From: Bugula neritina
Lineage: Eukaryota > Animalia > Bryozoa
Length of the DNA stretch: 64,000 nucleotides
NCBI GenBank assembly: GCA_964035545.1
Contig: OZ037769.1
Coordinates: 1,178,001-1,242,000, forward strand
Direction of reading: 5' to 3'
Part shown: positions 22,701 through 35,727 of the stretch, one piece after another
Position numbering within the stretch: position 1 is the stretch's first letter
Layout: every line of letters starts with the position of its first letter
Program-made: the position numbers and the translations under genes
Notes under the pieces: model-generated
What the model was told of the DNA's origin: nothing
The model's input: the letters and a program-made list of their open reading frames with translations, nothing else
The model's database searches: none

Positions 22701-25700
22701 AAGCAAAACTCCACTTGGACGAAATAGGTAATCAACGAAAACATTTCTAGCATTATATTAACATATTAAATTTACTTGATTGAAAATATTCTACACAATG
22801 CAAGGAAACTACATAAAGTTGAGAGAGAACAAATAACTTGGATTTATAATGTCATTTATATAAAATAGAATGTCTTGTGATGCTCATTATGGTCACCTTT
22901 CACCCGTAGTCCTGCGCGGGTGGCAGGATGTGATACTCATTGTGATTTTACTAAACACATTTATTGAAAAGCATAACACTACTTGAATAAAATATGTAAT
23001 CAATGTAGGTATATTCTTTGCAAGTTTTTAATTTAAATGTCAGCTTTATTAAAAAAATCTGCTCAAAGGAGATATTTTTAGTATCATATGTTATATATTA
23101 CAACAGGACCAAGCAGAAATAGGTGAGAATTAGTTGTTAACTTTGTTAAAATATTCTGCTCAATACACAGAAATAATATAAAACTGAGAGATGAATCAAG
23201 TAATTAGCAAACAAATTTTTATTCTTGGTGTCAACAAAATATATCTAAATTTCTTTTGTAATATTCTTTCAACTGCATGTTGAAAAGCACAGGAGTAATA
23301 TTTGCATCATATAACTATATTATTCTATATTTGGCAGAATTTTTTCGAACTTAGCTACAATTAACTGCAATGTTGAAAGGTAGAACATGAAAATGGTTGA
23401 TTAAATCCAAGTCTATGGCAAAAGCATTTTAGAAATAAAGTTTATAAAATAAAGCAAAACTTTCTTGGCAACAAAGCAAAATAAATTAGGTTTTGAAAGG
23501 GCTGTCAAATTTAAACAACGCTAGCTGGGCTAATTCATAAATGCTGTATTTGAGAGAGCATAAAACTTGTGAAGGCATAAGATATGTAGAGAGATGATGC
23601 AATTTGTTTAGCTACTTGAGGACAAACTATGCCTACAGCACAGGCACAGGTCTCAAATACAACTACTTGGCTAAAACAAGTAGACCAATTATATTATATA
23701 TAGCAGAGAAGGCAGGTTTCTCTAGTATTATCTTTTTGTTGTTACATACAATAATCTATACTAAAAATAAGTAAATTACAAATATTTTTTATACTACTTT
23801 ATTTATTTAAACAATTTAAATAAACTTTTATTTATATTTATGTCCATCCTTCGGGTTAAGTACTTTAAGTTGCACTAAAAATAGCAGAGTTATAAATAGC
23901 TGAACTATAAATAGCTGCACACATGTTTGAATTTCATGAAACAATACGTGGCCAGTAGAAGTGAGAGCAATCAATTTTTATTTATTGCAATAGAAATAGC
24001 AACATTGAATAAATTGAGTCAAGCAAAGTCTATACACATAATACTGTCTAACACTGGCCTGGCTGAATGCAAACACAATGTACTTTGATCAATAGTCTGA
24101 TAAATAATTAACATGGGACAAATATTCCAATACATAACAGGTTAAGTCATGTGATGAATAGTGGAGTCAAGTCCTAAATATAAATCAATAAATAGATAAA
24201 AGGCATAACAATGAGGAGCTACACAGTGTGTTTTGATACTATCTCAGTATTCATCAAATCGTATGACTTAATGAATACTAATTAAAATGTAAATCCTTTG
24301 CACCAGGATGCACTTTTCTGTACCCTTTTGACACATTGGAAAAGTATTTCAAACATGTTGATGCTTCTGTTGATTAAAATTTTCACATGTCATCAATAGT
24401 TATTAATTTCTAAGCAATTGATTGTTATAGCTTGATGACGCTGTTTCTAAGATACTTTTGTCCCAGTGTATGCATTAGCTGTGCTTTGCATGTTTTTGTC
24501 ATGTGTTTAATTTTAGTAGGAAGAAAAAAAATCTTTCTCTAAATATGCTTGCAGTATCAGAATACACATAATTTATTATTTAATTGCCAAGCATTTGATG
24601 TTAATTCTTATTCCTGGAGATAAACAGTGTTGGATTTGCATGTTTGAGACAATATTGGTTTTAACCGGTTACTAAAATAGGCCATCAACAAATAAAATCA
24701 AATTCATTTTACATTTAAACCTAAATAATATTGAACAGTCAATAAAAATAATGACATTGGGTAGAAAGCATTGAAGTGTTATACTTTTATAGGATTTCAA
24801 ATATTCTGTTACTCAGATTAATAGAGTAAAATTTAGTGTAGATTATCAGGACACATATTATTATAAATTGACATTCTAGATACTAAAACAAAAGTTGTTG
24901 ACCTGGAGAATAATGGATATATGAAAAATAGCAGCACATCGTACTTTAAGCTTTACCAAACTGTCAATTATAAAGTAGATATTTTCTAAGAGAGAAAGTC
25001 ATGCATGTAGAATATTTCTAGAAAGTCGAAGCTGATGTTGTACTCATTTAAAATCCCATGTTGCTGCCTTGTAAACTGTCAAACTCTACCCCTCTCTCCC
25101 CAATAACCCCCAAATACAAAACATGTGTTAGTGGACCAGTTATATTATATATAGCGAAGAACATAAGTTTTTCTAGTATATTCTTTATTGATGTTAGATA
25201 CAATTGTTTATATATTGAACAGAAATAAATTAGAAATATTTTTTACTACTTTATTTATTTAAATAAATAAACTAAACTTATATTTAAGATACTGCTATAT
25301 TCATCTTTAGAGTTAACGTTATTTAACTTAAGTTGCATTAAAATAGCGAAACTATAAATAGCTGAACTACAAATAAATAAACTATAAATAGCTGCATGTA
25401 TGCTTGAATTTCATAAAACTATATTGAGTTAAGTACAAGAGCTATGCACACTACCATTGGAAGTAAAAGCAATCAATTTTGAATTATTACAGTAGAAATA
25501 GTAGCATTGAATAAATTGAGTCAAGTAAAGTATATATAATACTGTCTAACACTGGCCTGGTTGAAAAACACAGCTTTAATCAATAGTCTAATTAATAAAT
25601 AATTAACATGGGACAAATATTTTAATAAATTATTATAGGCCGTCATATGCGATGAATAGTGGAGTCAACTCCAAAATATTTTATCAATAAATAGATGAAA

Positions 25701-25790
25701 TGTGTAACAATGAGGGGCTAAACAGTGTTTCTTGATAACATCTCAGTATTTATCAAATCACATGACTTAATGAATACTAATTAACGATGT
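16745..25790. repeat. Tandem array of four diverged ~1.5-2.7 kb non-coding units ending at the TRIM-1 stop codon
   Basis: Shared markers: aatactgtctaacactggcctgg at ~18790/21355/24040/25540; atgacgctgtttct (or a close variant) at ~16860/19180/21735/24435; tcttacaagcacaggctaaa at ~17695/20030/22565. Unit ends at ~19035, 21595, 24290 and 25790; the last unit has a ~1.1 kb deletion near 25130. Confidence 0.92.
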
Positions 25791-28700
25791 CAAACTTCAA
25801 TAGCCCTGCTCCTCTAGCCGCCACCCATAGAATTCCTTCCTGGATACACATCCCAGATATGGAATCTCCGCCACCAAACTCACTGAACTTGGAATGAGTC
25901 ACTTTTTGCTTGAGCTTACCTACAAGCAATACAACTCTACCTGCAAGCAATACAACTTCACCTGCAAGCAATATAACTTTACATGCAAGCAATGCAACTC
26001 TACCTGCAAGCAATAAAACTCTACCTGCAAGCAATACAACTTTACCTGCAAGAAATACAACTCTACCTGCAAGCAATATAACTCTACCTGCAAGCAATAC
26101 AACTCTACCTGCAAGCAATACAACTTCACCTGCAAGCAATATAACTTTACATGCAAGCAATGCAACTCTACCTGCAAGCAATAAAACTCTACCTGCAAGC
26201 AATACAACTTTACCTGCAAGAAATACAACTCTACTTGCAAGCAATATAACTCTACCTGCAAGCAATACAACTTTACCTGCAAGCAATACAACTTTAGCTG
26301 CAAGCAATATACTTTACCTGCAAAAACTACAACTTTACCTGCAAGCAATAACACCTTACCTACAAGCAATACAACTCTACCTGCAAGCAATATAACTTTA
26401 CCTGCAAGCAATAACACCTTACCTACAAGCAATACAACTCTACCTGCAAGCAATACAACTTTACCTGCAAGAAATACAACTCTACTTGCAAGCAATATAA
26501 CTCTACCTGCAAGCAATACAACTTTACCTGCAAGCAATACAACTTTAGCTGCAAGCAATATACTTTACCTGCAAAAACTACAACTTTACCTGCAAGCAAT
26601 AACACCTTACCTACAAGCAATACAACTCTACCTGCAAGCAATATAACTTTACCTGCAAGCAATAACACCTTACCTACAAGCAATACAACTCTACCTGCAA
26701 GCAATATAACTTTACCTGCAAGCAATACAACTCCACCTGCAAGCAATATAACTTTACCTGCAAGCAATACAACTCTACCTGCAAGCAAAATAACTCTACC
26801 TTTACTAGCAAACAAAACAATAGTAGAACAAAACGTTTTGTTAACAAAGTATTGATTTCAAAATAATCACTAAGGCATCACAGGTAACGTAGACTTGACT
26901 TATGAAATACATTATTCTGTGTGCAGTAGATGGCAAATTGGTCTAAATATAATGTGTACAGATTATAAATCACAATATAGTGCTGAGATAAATTTGTCAG
27001 AATTTTGCTTTTGTACCAGTAGGTACTCCTTTGATTTACTGCTAATCTTATATATAAATATAAGCAGCCATGTTCATAAATAAAGCCAAGAATAAGGTTT
27101 TGCCACAGTAGAATTTTATGCTACACGCTCACATCGCCAATTGGCTTGACTGCATTTTTATATATTAGGTATTTCATATTGAAATCCACGGGTTGGGAGA
27201 TACAAGCAAATTAAAATGTAAAAGACGGGCTCAGTGAATATAAGTGATTCGCCAATTAACTTACTATCAAAAATGACCTCATAAAATTTGCCACATGAAC
27301 CACTCAAAAAACAATCCTGTTTTGTTACTTGTGCAATGTTATAGAAATGAACCCTATAGAAATGTGCCCCATGTGCCACTAAGGTGATCTAACTGACAGA
27401 TAGTATAACTAAATCATTTACCTGTGAGAGAATCTAAAACAAAGATGGAGTTAGTGCCTTGAGACCACACCCACACTTCATTCTTTACGGATTCAAAGCA
27501 AATCCCAGCGGGCCGCTCTACTAGATTTGTAGTCCATAAAATTCTTTCATTCCTACAGTCTATTCTGCAGACATGGTTAGCAAAGCTGTCACTTATAAGA
27601 ATGCTATTTGGTGGGCAGACACTCAAGTGTGCTGGCTTTATGAAAAATGATCGATTGATGCTTGAAATTTGTTCCCCTGTTTCCACAGAGTAGACGCATA
27701 ATTCGCGGCATGAGGGGTTGACTACGTAAACTTTGTTATTCACGACAGCCAAGTGAGTAATGTGGCTGCTGTCGGGAACAGACCATCTTCTCAGTTCCGT
27801 ATAGTCGGGGTTAAAAACAATAACTTGACGAGTGGTTTGTGGGTTTCGGCTTTTACAAAGAACGTAAATGAGACCTTCATAGCGCTGAATAGAAGAAACA
27901 TTTTCGTGTTGTGATGTGCTTATATCCCTGTATGTATCGCGACTAGCTGAATCGGCATTTATTCGTTTGATTACGTGAAAGCCGCTGTTTCTGCCAATGT
28001 AAATTCTACCTTCACTAGCGCTGACGTCATAGCAACAGTTGTCATTGAGAATACTCAGAGTGAGACTCAGCTTGTAATTCTTACTCTTTTCTGTAAAATA
28101 AACAGGTCTGTTTTGGTAATTATAATATATATGTACAGAAAAAGTAAATGAACAATCTATTCTATGTTATTAAAGTACATGACATACATGCAGATATCAA
28201 CTCTATGCCTATTTTTAGAAATTATTTAAAAAATAACTTTAAAACTATAATAATACTTCATTGAATAAGAAATTAATTACAATCAGTCTCTTGGACTTTT
28301 ATATACATATTATAATGATATATTGTGTTTGCACAATAACGTTTTATATTATATTACATTTTAACAATGCTTGTATAACATAAGTCAATTATTTCATATT
28401 TATGTATCTGAAAACAAAAAGAGCTTTATATTTCAAAAAAAACTATTTTGATGACATTTGATGGTAATATATTGCATATTGTTTTCAATTTCAATGAATT
28501 GAATAAAATAAAAAACATGCTAATCTTTAATTTAAAACAGGGACCAGATATTACTTTTTCAGCTTGAAAAAATTATTTATTTTGCATCATATTTCCATTT
28601 TGATATCCACGTTTGGTATGCAATGTGTAGAGATAAGTTGAATTAAGCAAAAAAATGAAAACCAAGTAAACCTTTGATGTGTTATAAATACATTTTAAAA

Positions 28701-31700
28701 AGATAGCAAATAGCTCAGAGCATTGGAATAATGACCATAAGCTGTCACAAGATAGTATAATTAACACTGACTCGCGATGAAGTGCTAAATATGAAGTAAA
28801 ACCATAAAAAGCTGCAAATAAACTGTGTTCATACCCACAATAGATCACAAAAGTAGCAGCTGATTGACTATGCAAAGCAACTCTGTAGAGCATCATTAGC
28901 AACGAAGGGGAAAGTGCTAAAAAAGTTAATTGTTGAAAGTGTTTTAACCTGTTTGTATAAAGTTGAAATTCAGTGCAGGACAAAAATATTATCTTTTTTT
29001 AATTTTGAAATTCTTACTAAATAAATACTAAATACTAAATACTTGCTAAAATAAAAGTTTAGAGCAATTGTAAACAAAATTGCTTTAGAAGTCTTTATTT
29101 TAGCTTGATTTAGCGTTATATGAACTCACCTGAGAAAAGTTTGTCTACTATTTTGATATAAGCCAAGTCAATTGTATTGTTTATCTGTTCATCAACAGCT
29201 TTCAGCACCTTCATGTTTTCTGTCACCTGTTTTGTGATGCTCTGAATTATAATCTGCGTTGTGGTATTTTTTTCTGGAATATTGGAGGCGCTTCTCTCTG
29301 TTTGGATCTTGGTGTTGTAATAGTTGTGCTGCAACAATAGTGAAATGACTACTTTAACTGATATATCAGAAGGTTCTATAAATTGTTTTAGCTTCATATT
29401 TGAATCTTTTAAAACTTGTTACTAAATTATTGTATAATATACAGTGTAGAAAAAGAGAATTTAAAAATTATTATTTAAACGTTAAAGGCAGTTTGTCCAT
29501 TATTTACTCTCTCAATTTTCTCCCATTTCGTGCGTGCGTGAGCGAGTGTGTGAGTGTGCAAGTGTGCGAGTGTGCGAGTGTGCGAGTGTGCGAGTGTGCG
29601 AGTGTGCGAGTGTGCGAGTGTGCGAGTGTGCGTGCTTAGCGTGCTGTGCGTGCTGTGCAAGCTGTGCAAGCTGTGCGTGCTGTGCATGCTGTGGGTGCTG
29701 TGCGTGCTGTGCGTGCTGAGCGTGCTGTGCAAGCTGTGCGTGCTGTGCGTGCTGTGCGTGCTGTGCGTGCTGTGCTGTGAGTGTGCGTGCTGTGTGCTGT
29801 GGTGTGTGTGTGTGTATACTGTGCGAGCATGTGTGGTAGCGTAGAAACTGACTACAATAAACATCTTGTGAAAGTCTTTATTCTCACCTCTTGCATCAGA
29901 GCCTCTATCTTTGATTCCCGAATGAATCTCCAGTTTTCATACTTTTCTCTCTGAATTTTTTTCAAGTTTTCATTATAAATCTGGCTTTCATGAGACTCTC
30001 CATTTACACAAGTTGAACAACTTGAGCATCTAACAAAATTAATATTATGTTATGTTATTTCTATTATCATATTGTTTTATTATGTTACATTGTGCAAAAT
30101 TGTATTAATTTATTAGGCTATAATATATAATATCTATGAGTTCAGTTTATATACTGCTATCATTATCATATATTCTATTCTATGATCATTACAACTATAT
30201 TTTTTATAATATTATATTATATTGTATTATATTGCCTTATTAGATTATATATTACGATTTTACACTATACTATTGTAATATGTTGGAAATGCATATTATT
30301 ATTATTATATATATAATCATATTGTGTTATGTTAATATATTTCAATGTTATATAATGTTTATTAATACCCATTATTATATTATATATATCGTCCTGTAAT
30401 ATTATGTTACAATTTATAATACATAACTATATAAGATACGTGTCCTACTATAATAGTATGGTGTGCTAGAATAAATATAATAGCATATTATTATTATTAT
30501 TCTCATTACTGGCTGATTAGTATAAATATATTGAGTATCATTGCTGATCAACAAAAGAGTTTGAGAATTTAAAATATTTTCTTAAAAATAAAATTAATTT
30601 TACTTTACGTATTGTTGGTAAGCTGCAAATCGAATTATTTTGAAAAAACTAGCTTTTCAATTGTATTGATAATACAGTGAAGTTACTTATATAGATTGCG
30701 TTACAGCACCTATATATACTGTCTGAATGTATTGCCATATACTGTATGCTTATTACTTATGTTCCGGCAAATTCACTTTCCACTTCAGTGAAGATGTATT
30801 AAACTCATGAAAAGCTTTTCATTCTGAATTTTCTACAAAACACAAAACTGTGTGACTCATTTTTTTATTTTTAAAATTGTATTCCAGTTAAAAATAAATG
30901 CCTTCGCACCAAACTTTGCTTTTAGTAACACATTTGGCTCCTATATGGGTAAAATATATAGGTAGGAAAGGAAATATGTAAATTTTAATGAAGTATACCT
31001 GAAACAAAGATATTTGATACACTTTGAGCAGTAAAAGTCAATAGGCCTTGTACAGCTTTCCATCTCACAGCTATTTTCTTGTTCTACAAAATAATCTATT
31101 ATCTTTCATGTTATTCTGTTTATTTTATATTTGAACTGGGCACAAATATGTACCAAAAATATTGCTTTAATGCATTATTTTAATCTTTAGGTATAACAAA
31201 TAATGAGGGTTATGGATAGTCAAATAACGTTCTACATTAATAAATATATAAATAGCAGGTGCACAGGTAACTAATAATTATGAGAAATTGTCTCCCCAAT
31301 TTCAACTCAGGGTTGTTAAGAAGTTGTGCTCTCTTTTTGTTGTACACACTAAGGAATAACTCTGTTGGGAAGTTTCTGTTTAAGCTCGTGTACTACACAG
31401 CAGACTGTTTCTTGTGTTTAGAGATACGCAGGTAACATGAACCAACAAAGACAATTATGATTATATTATAGATAACTATGGAATTATCTGCACTTGCTGA
31501 CAGTTTGGAGTTTAGGGATTTCAAGCTGCTTTCTATAATACACATTCATTAACTTCACTATAGATATTTGTACAGCAGATGCTAGGCACTGTTTACTATT
31601 ACTCTTAAATAGTTATACTATTACTCCTAGATAGTTATTAAAGTCAACAAATAATACCAGCTCTTCAATGCCTGTGGTCCAGAGTATAATATAATGCATA

Positions 31701-32908
31701 TAAAACCAGCTGAAACTCTGATTCATAATAAACAAATGTAGTTTTTTAAATAAAGCTGTAAATTTTTTCAAATAATTGACAGTAAATTTGAGTGCACAAC
31801 AATGTGGCTATAATCATTACTAAGCAAAAAGCTAGTTATAGTGGAACCGCAGAAGAAATATTAATCTCTGCATACATGTTTGTCAACTAGTAAAAGGTAA
31901 GCTTAGTGTGGGTATGTAGGTAATGTTATGTTATGCATTGGTAACCTGTGTAATGATAGTCCTGCAGAGTTTGGGTTAGTTGCTGTATTTCTTGTTGCAA
32001 ATGGGAGGCCAGTCTACACACTGGGTACATTGTAGCTGAGTCCTCTTTTAACATTTCTCTGCAGAAAGAGCAAATCTGATTGCAGCTCGTCAGTATGGTA
32101 TCTACAATATCATATTGAAATAATGTTAGCTGCTTAAAGAAAGTATTGAGGTGTGTGACTGTCTTAAAGAGTAAACGAAGTGAATAAAGAGTAGACAAAC
32201 TTGTGCTATGGACAAGAAATGAGCTTTAGTAAACAAGCATGCAGCTGTGGGGAATGCATGAGCTAGGTGACAGAAGAGTGGAGAGGGTGTAAAAGGGTGG
32301 AGAGTGGAAAAGAGTGGAAGGGTGGAAAAGGTAGAGAGAAGGTAAATAGAAGGTGAGAAGAGATTGCAGAAAAAATAGAAAAAGTAAAGAGGGTAGAGGG
32401 GTAGGAATGGCTGAGGATTAGAGTTACCTAAAGAATACACAAAGCCAAATCTTAACCATAAACCTTTAGCGAGGTTTATAATATCAATATAATCAGCTAA
32501 TAAGCAATAAATAACAGCAAATAATAAGCAAATAAGAAGCAGCCATAGTCTAGGGGTTACAGCCTTTGACTATAATATAGTAAGCACGAACTCATGGGTT
32601 CGAGCCTAGACCAAGGCCATTAGTGATGTTAGAAAAAGCATTCAGTCATAATTGCTCCTGTGCCTCATCTGAATATAATTCCTTAGCCCGATTTAACAAA
32701 AATCCTTTCTCACAGGGATAGCGACTATTAATTAAACAGTAAACAAGGAGTGCTAGTTCTCCTCACCCAAACATTCAAGGCACATCATGTGCTGACAAGG
32801 CAGCATATGCAGCTCCCGGTGATTTCTACAAATACCACATTCTAACGTCAGCTCTAAAGCGTCAGCTACCAGGCTACCAGCCGACTTCCCACCTCTGTAC
32901 GCTGCCAT
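25777..32908 (-). CDS. TRIM-like E3 ligase 1: RING (C3HC4), B-box, coiled coil, NHL-like beta-propeller (511 aa, 7 coding exons)
   Basis: Exons (-): 32908-32767, 32101-31946, 31083-30999, 30029-29888, 29328-29130, 28090-27422, 25919-25777, total 1536 nt in frame. RING CGICRNHRELHMLPCQHMMCLECL...CSFCR; B-box CEMESC...YCSKC...LCFRC...C...H; propeller blades NKVYV, ILISD, PAGIC, EVWVWS. Confidence 0.9.
25915..26800 (-). repeat. 21-bp minisatellite made of the TRIM-1 last-exon acceptor junction
   Basis: Minus-strand unit TTGCTTGCAG|GTAGAGTTGTA, about 42 copies with higher-order blocks. Confidence 0.95.
29530..29815. repeat. Compound (GTGTGCGA)n/(GCGTGCTGT)n simple repeat
   Basis: In TRIM-1 intron 4. 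Confidence 0.95.
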
Positions 32909-35107
32909 CCTTTAGCTGCAATAAACATGGATTTTTCATACTTTCACAGCTTATATAGAGTTACATCATGCATGCAAACAGCCAGGCTATGTGGCAGTTT
33001 TGAGTATTGTTGATCAACAGAAAGAGCCATGCTTTAATAAAATAAAGTTGGCAAAAATGTTGTTTCAAAATTTATTTTAACCAACTGTTTTGAAGGTCAC
33101 CAAGTTTTGATGGCTTTTGGTTGAGTTAATTAAAATAAAGATTGGCTATCATAAAACAAATGATTTATGTTCTACCATATATAATAATGCACCATGTTGT
33201 ATGTAAATGGTTTATTTCATGCCATACCTTCAATACGTTCTATTTGTTAGATGTACTGTATATATAGTCTGTATACTATATATACAAGGTTTATAAACAT
33301 GGCTATGAAAATTATGAATGGTAATACAATAATTTATATAGCCATTATTTTTAACTAACTTTTTACTAACTGAACTCACAGCTAATGGAAAATCCAAACA
33401 AGCAAATGGAAATTCAGCACTATTGTGCAACAAAGCTTTCGTGAATGTCATCTAATTGGCTAATATGGCAGCCATGTTTACTACTCATGGAAAACTATTG
33501 AACTGAAAAGAGTTAAGGCATCGAGTACTGTACCAGGACTTTATATGCAATAAATCCATACACTTACCTAGTAGAGAGTGTTGCTTTATTCAGATGTCCT
33601 GTTGCATGACAGTCTGCTACAACTCGCTATTAAATATACTGCAGGTTTACACAACTACTTATTCCTAGTATACAGTGAGAGGGTATTATGAAAACACAGC
33701 AATTGATATCCTAACACAGATTATACTATAACATTACATAGACGTATGCTCCTGTTAATATGTGACCTACTCACACTACTTCCTTCTAGAGTTTAGTCTA
33801 CAAGGAATTATGGGAACTCAATGTGACAATGCAGGCTGATGTTAGTGTGTAGCCTACATAATATATTCTAACTTTTCATTTCACAATGTAAAGTAGTAAC
33901 AAGCTAATAGCCAATGAGATTTTATTGTACCTGCTTGTAGTTGTCATGCTTTTAGTGTATCTGCTTATAGTTGTCAAGCATTTAGTGTACCTGCTTGTAG
34001 TTGTCAAGCTTTTAGTGTACCTGGTTGCACTGAACATACTAAATCACACATACAGCTTTTGGGCAAAAGTGTGCGTAAACAAAATGCTGCAAAAAACAAA
34101 ATCCTTGCCAAGTAAAGGGAGTGAACACAAATAGACATTTTATCATTTGTTTTGAATAGAAAAGCAAATACATTTAATTATCATAAAACTGCATATGCAG
34201 CACAGCTATTGTCAGTATAATAAAAAGAAATTATGGTAATAAGAAATGCCAGTATGCTGTTATCATGTACTGAAAAACTTGCAAGATTATTTTCGTAATC
34301 AAAATGTCAAATCAAACTAAAGCCGCTATTGAAGTTATTCACAAGAAATTTATCAGGTATACATGTTATCTTGCCTTAACTGTTAGCTGTGTTCTAGGCA
34401 CATTTGAATTGTGAAATCTTATGAAATAAATACAATTTATGTTATTTCATCTCATGTGGGTGTTGCTTGGTCACGTGATCATGTGATTATGTGACTATCG
34501 GGTTGCTATTTGGCTTCACAACAAGGGCAGTTCTAACACAATAAGCATAGGCACCTGCATGTGTGGCATTAGACTTGGTGCTTTCTATAATGCAGTGTAG
34601 TCTATAGTGAAACTGCAATACAAGTGTGTTAGTAGCAGTTAGCTAGATAAAACTGCAGTCCACTTTCAATATACTAACACTACTAGAATCTAGCTCAGGC
34701 AAAGAGGAAGTTGATTTAGTCAAGTACTGGAGTTACAGCATTGTAATTGAATAAACAATTACAATGGTTTGCATTTTATTGCTAGATATTAGGCTATTGA
34801 CTGTAAATAAATAGGAATTCAGATTTCTATTCAAAGGGCGGTTAGCATACTACCCTAAAAAGTGGCTTTGTGCTTTGTTACTGCTTAGTCTCAAGTTTTA
34901 CTTTAACCTGCCACATTCTGCTAAACCAATTGAGTTTGTAAGAAGCTACTAGGAGATGGCTAAACCTTTGTAGTGGAACCTTCTATATACACAGGTTAAT
35001 ATCTTTCTAATATTTATTGTAAAATAGTAAAAGCTTAATATTGTTGTATTGTAAGCAAACTGAAATATTAGTTGAGATAATATTGAGTTCAATGTTTGGA
35101 GAGAAAA

Positions 35108-35428
35108 ATGTGTGTGCTGTGTGCTGTGTGCTGTGTGCTGTGTGCTGTGTGCTGTGTGCTGTGTGCTGTGTGCTGTGTGCTGTGTGCTGTGTGCTGTGTG
35201 CTGTGTGCTGTGTGCTGTGTGCTGTGTGCTGTGTGCTGTGTGCTGTGTGCTGTGTGCTGTGTGCTGTGTGCTGTGTGCTGTGTGCTGTGTGCTGTGTGCT
35301 GTGTGCTGTGTGCTGTGTGCTGTGTGCTGTGTGCTGTGTGCTGTGTGCTGTGTGCTGTGTGCTGTGTGCTGTGTGCTGTGTGCTGTGTGCTGTGTGCTGT
35401 GTGTGTGCTGTGTGTGTGCTGTGTGTGC
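35108..35428. repeat. (GTGCTGT)n heptamer microsatellite
   Basis: About 45 near-perfect copies between the divergent TRIM-1 and TRIM-2 genes. Confidence 0.98.
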
Positions 35429-35637
35429 GCTTGAGCATGCTAGTTATATTAGAAGAGGATTTTAGCTCAGCTAAAGTTTACATTTCAGCATAATGCAATT
35501 GTTGAGGTTGCATGGTTTTCTTATGCTGCAGTAAAACTATCATAGTCCTACTTAATGCTTTGCATCTGTTTGTATAATTTTATGTTGAAAGTAATTTGAG
35601 TTAATATAGCTTTGCTTTATAATAATGCTTCATAGCT

Positions 35638-35727
35638 ATAAACTGGGAATAAACTGAGAATAAACTGAGAATAAACTGAGAATAAACTGAGAATAAACTG
35701 AGAATAAACTAAGAATAAACTGAGAAT
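35638..35727. repeat. (AATAAACTGAG)n 11-bp repeat
   Basis: About 8 copies. Confidence 0.95.

Noticed and set aside
16745-25790. Short ORFs in the array (17896-18126, 21253-21453) as repeated genes or TRIM pseudogenes
   Set aside because: Frames are not preserved between units and there is no similarity to TRIM coding exons beyond the last few codons
25910-26815. ORFs encoding (PASNTTL)n, (VVLLAGR)n or (LYCLQVK)n
   Set aside because: Translations of a 21-bp intronic minisatellite with frameshifts; only 25777-25919 is homologous to the paralogous TRIM last exons
29400-29864. Cys/Val- and His/Thr-rich ORFs resembling metallothioneins
   Set aside because: Simple-repeat translations inside TRIM-1 intron 4
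32560-32625. tRNA genes at GGTTCGA motifs (also ~46850 and ~48160)
   Set aside because: Only B-box-like fragments with no acceptor or anticodon stems; more likely SINE remnants
35007-35493. (CAVCCVL)n and (HTAHSTQ)n ORFs
   Set aside because: A stop-free heptamer microsatellite open in several frames
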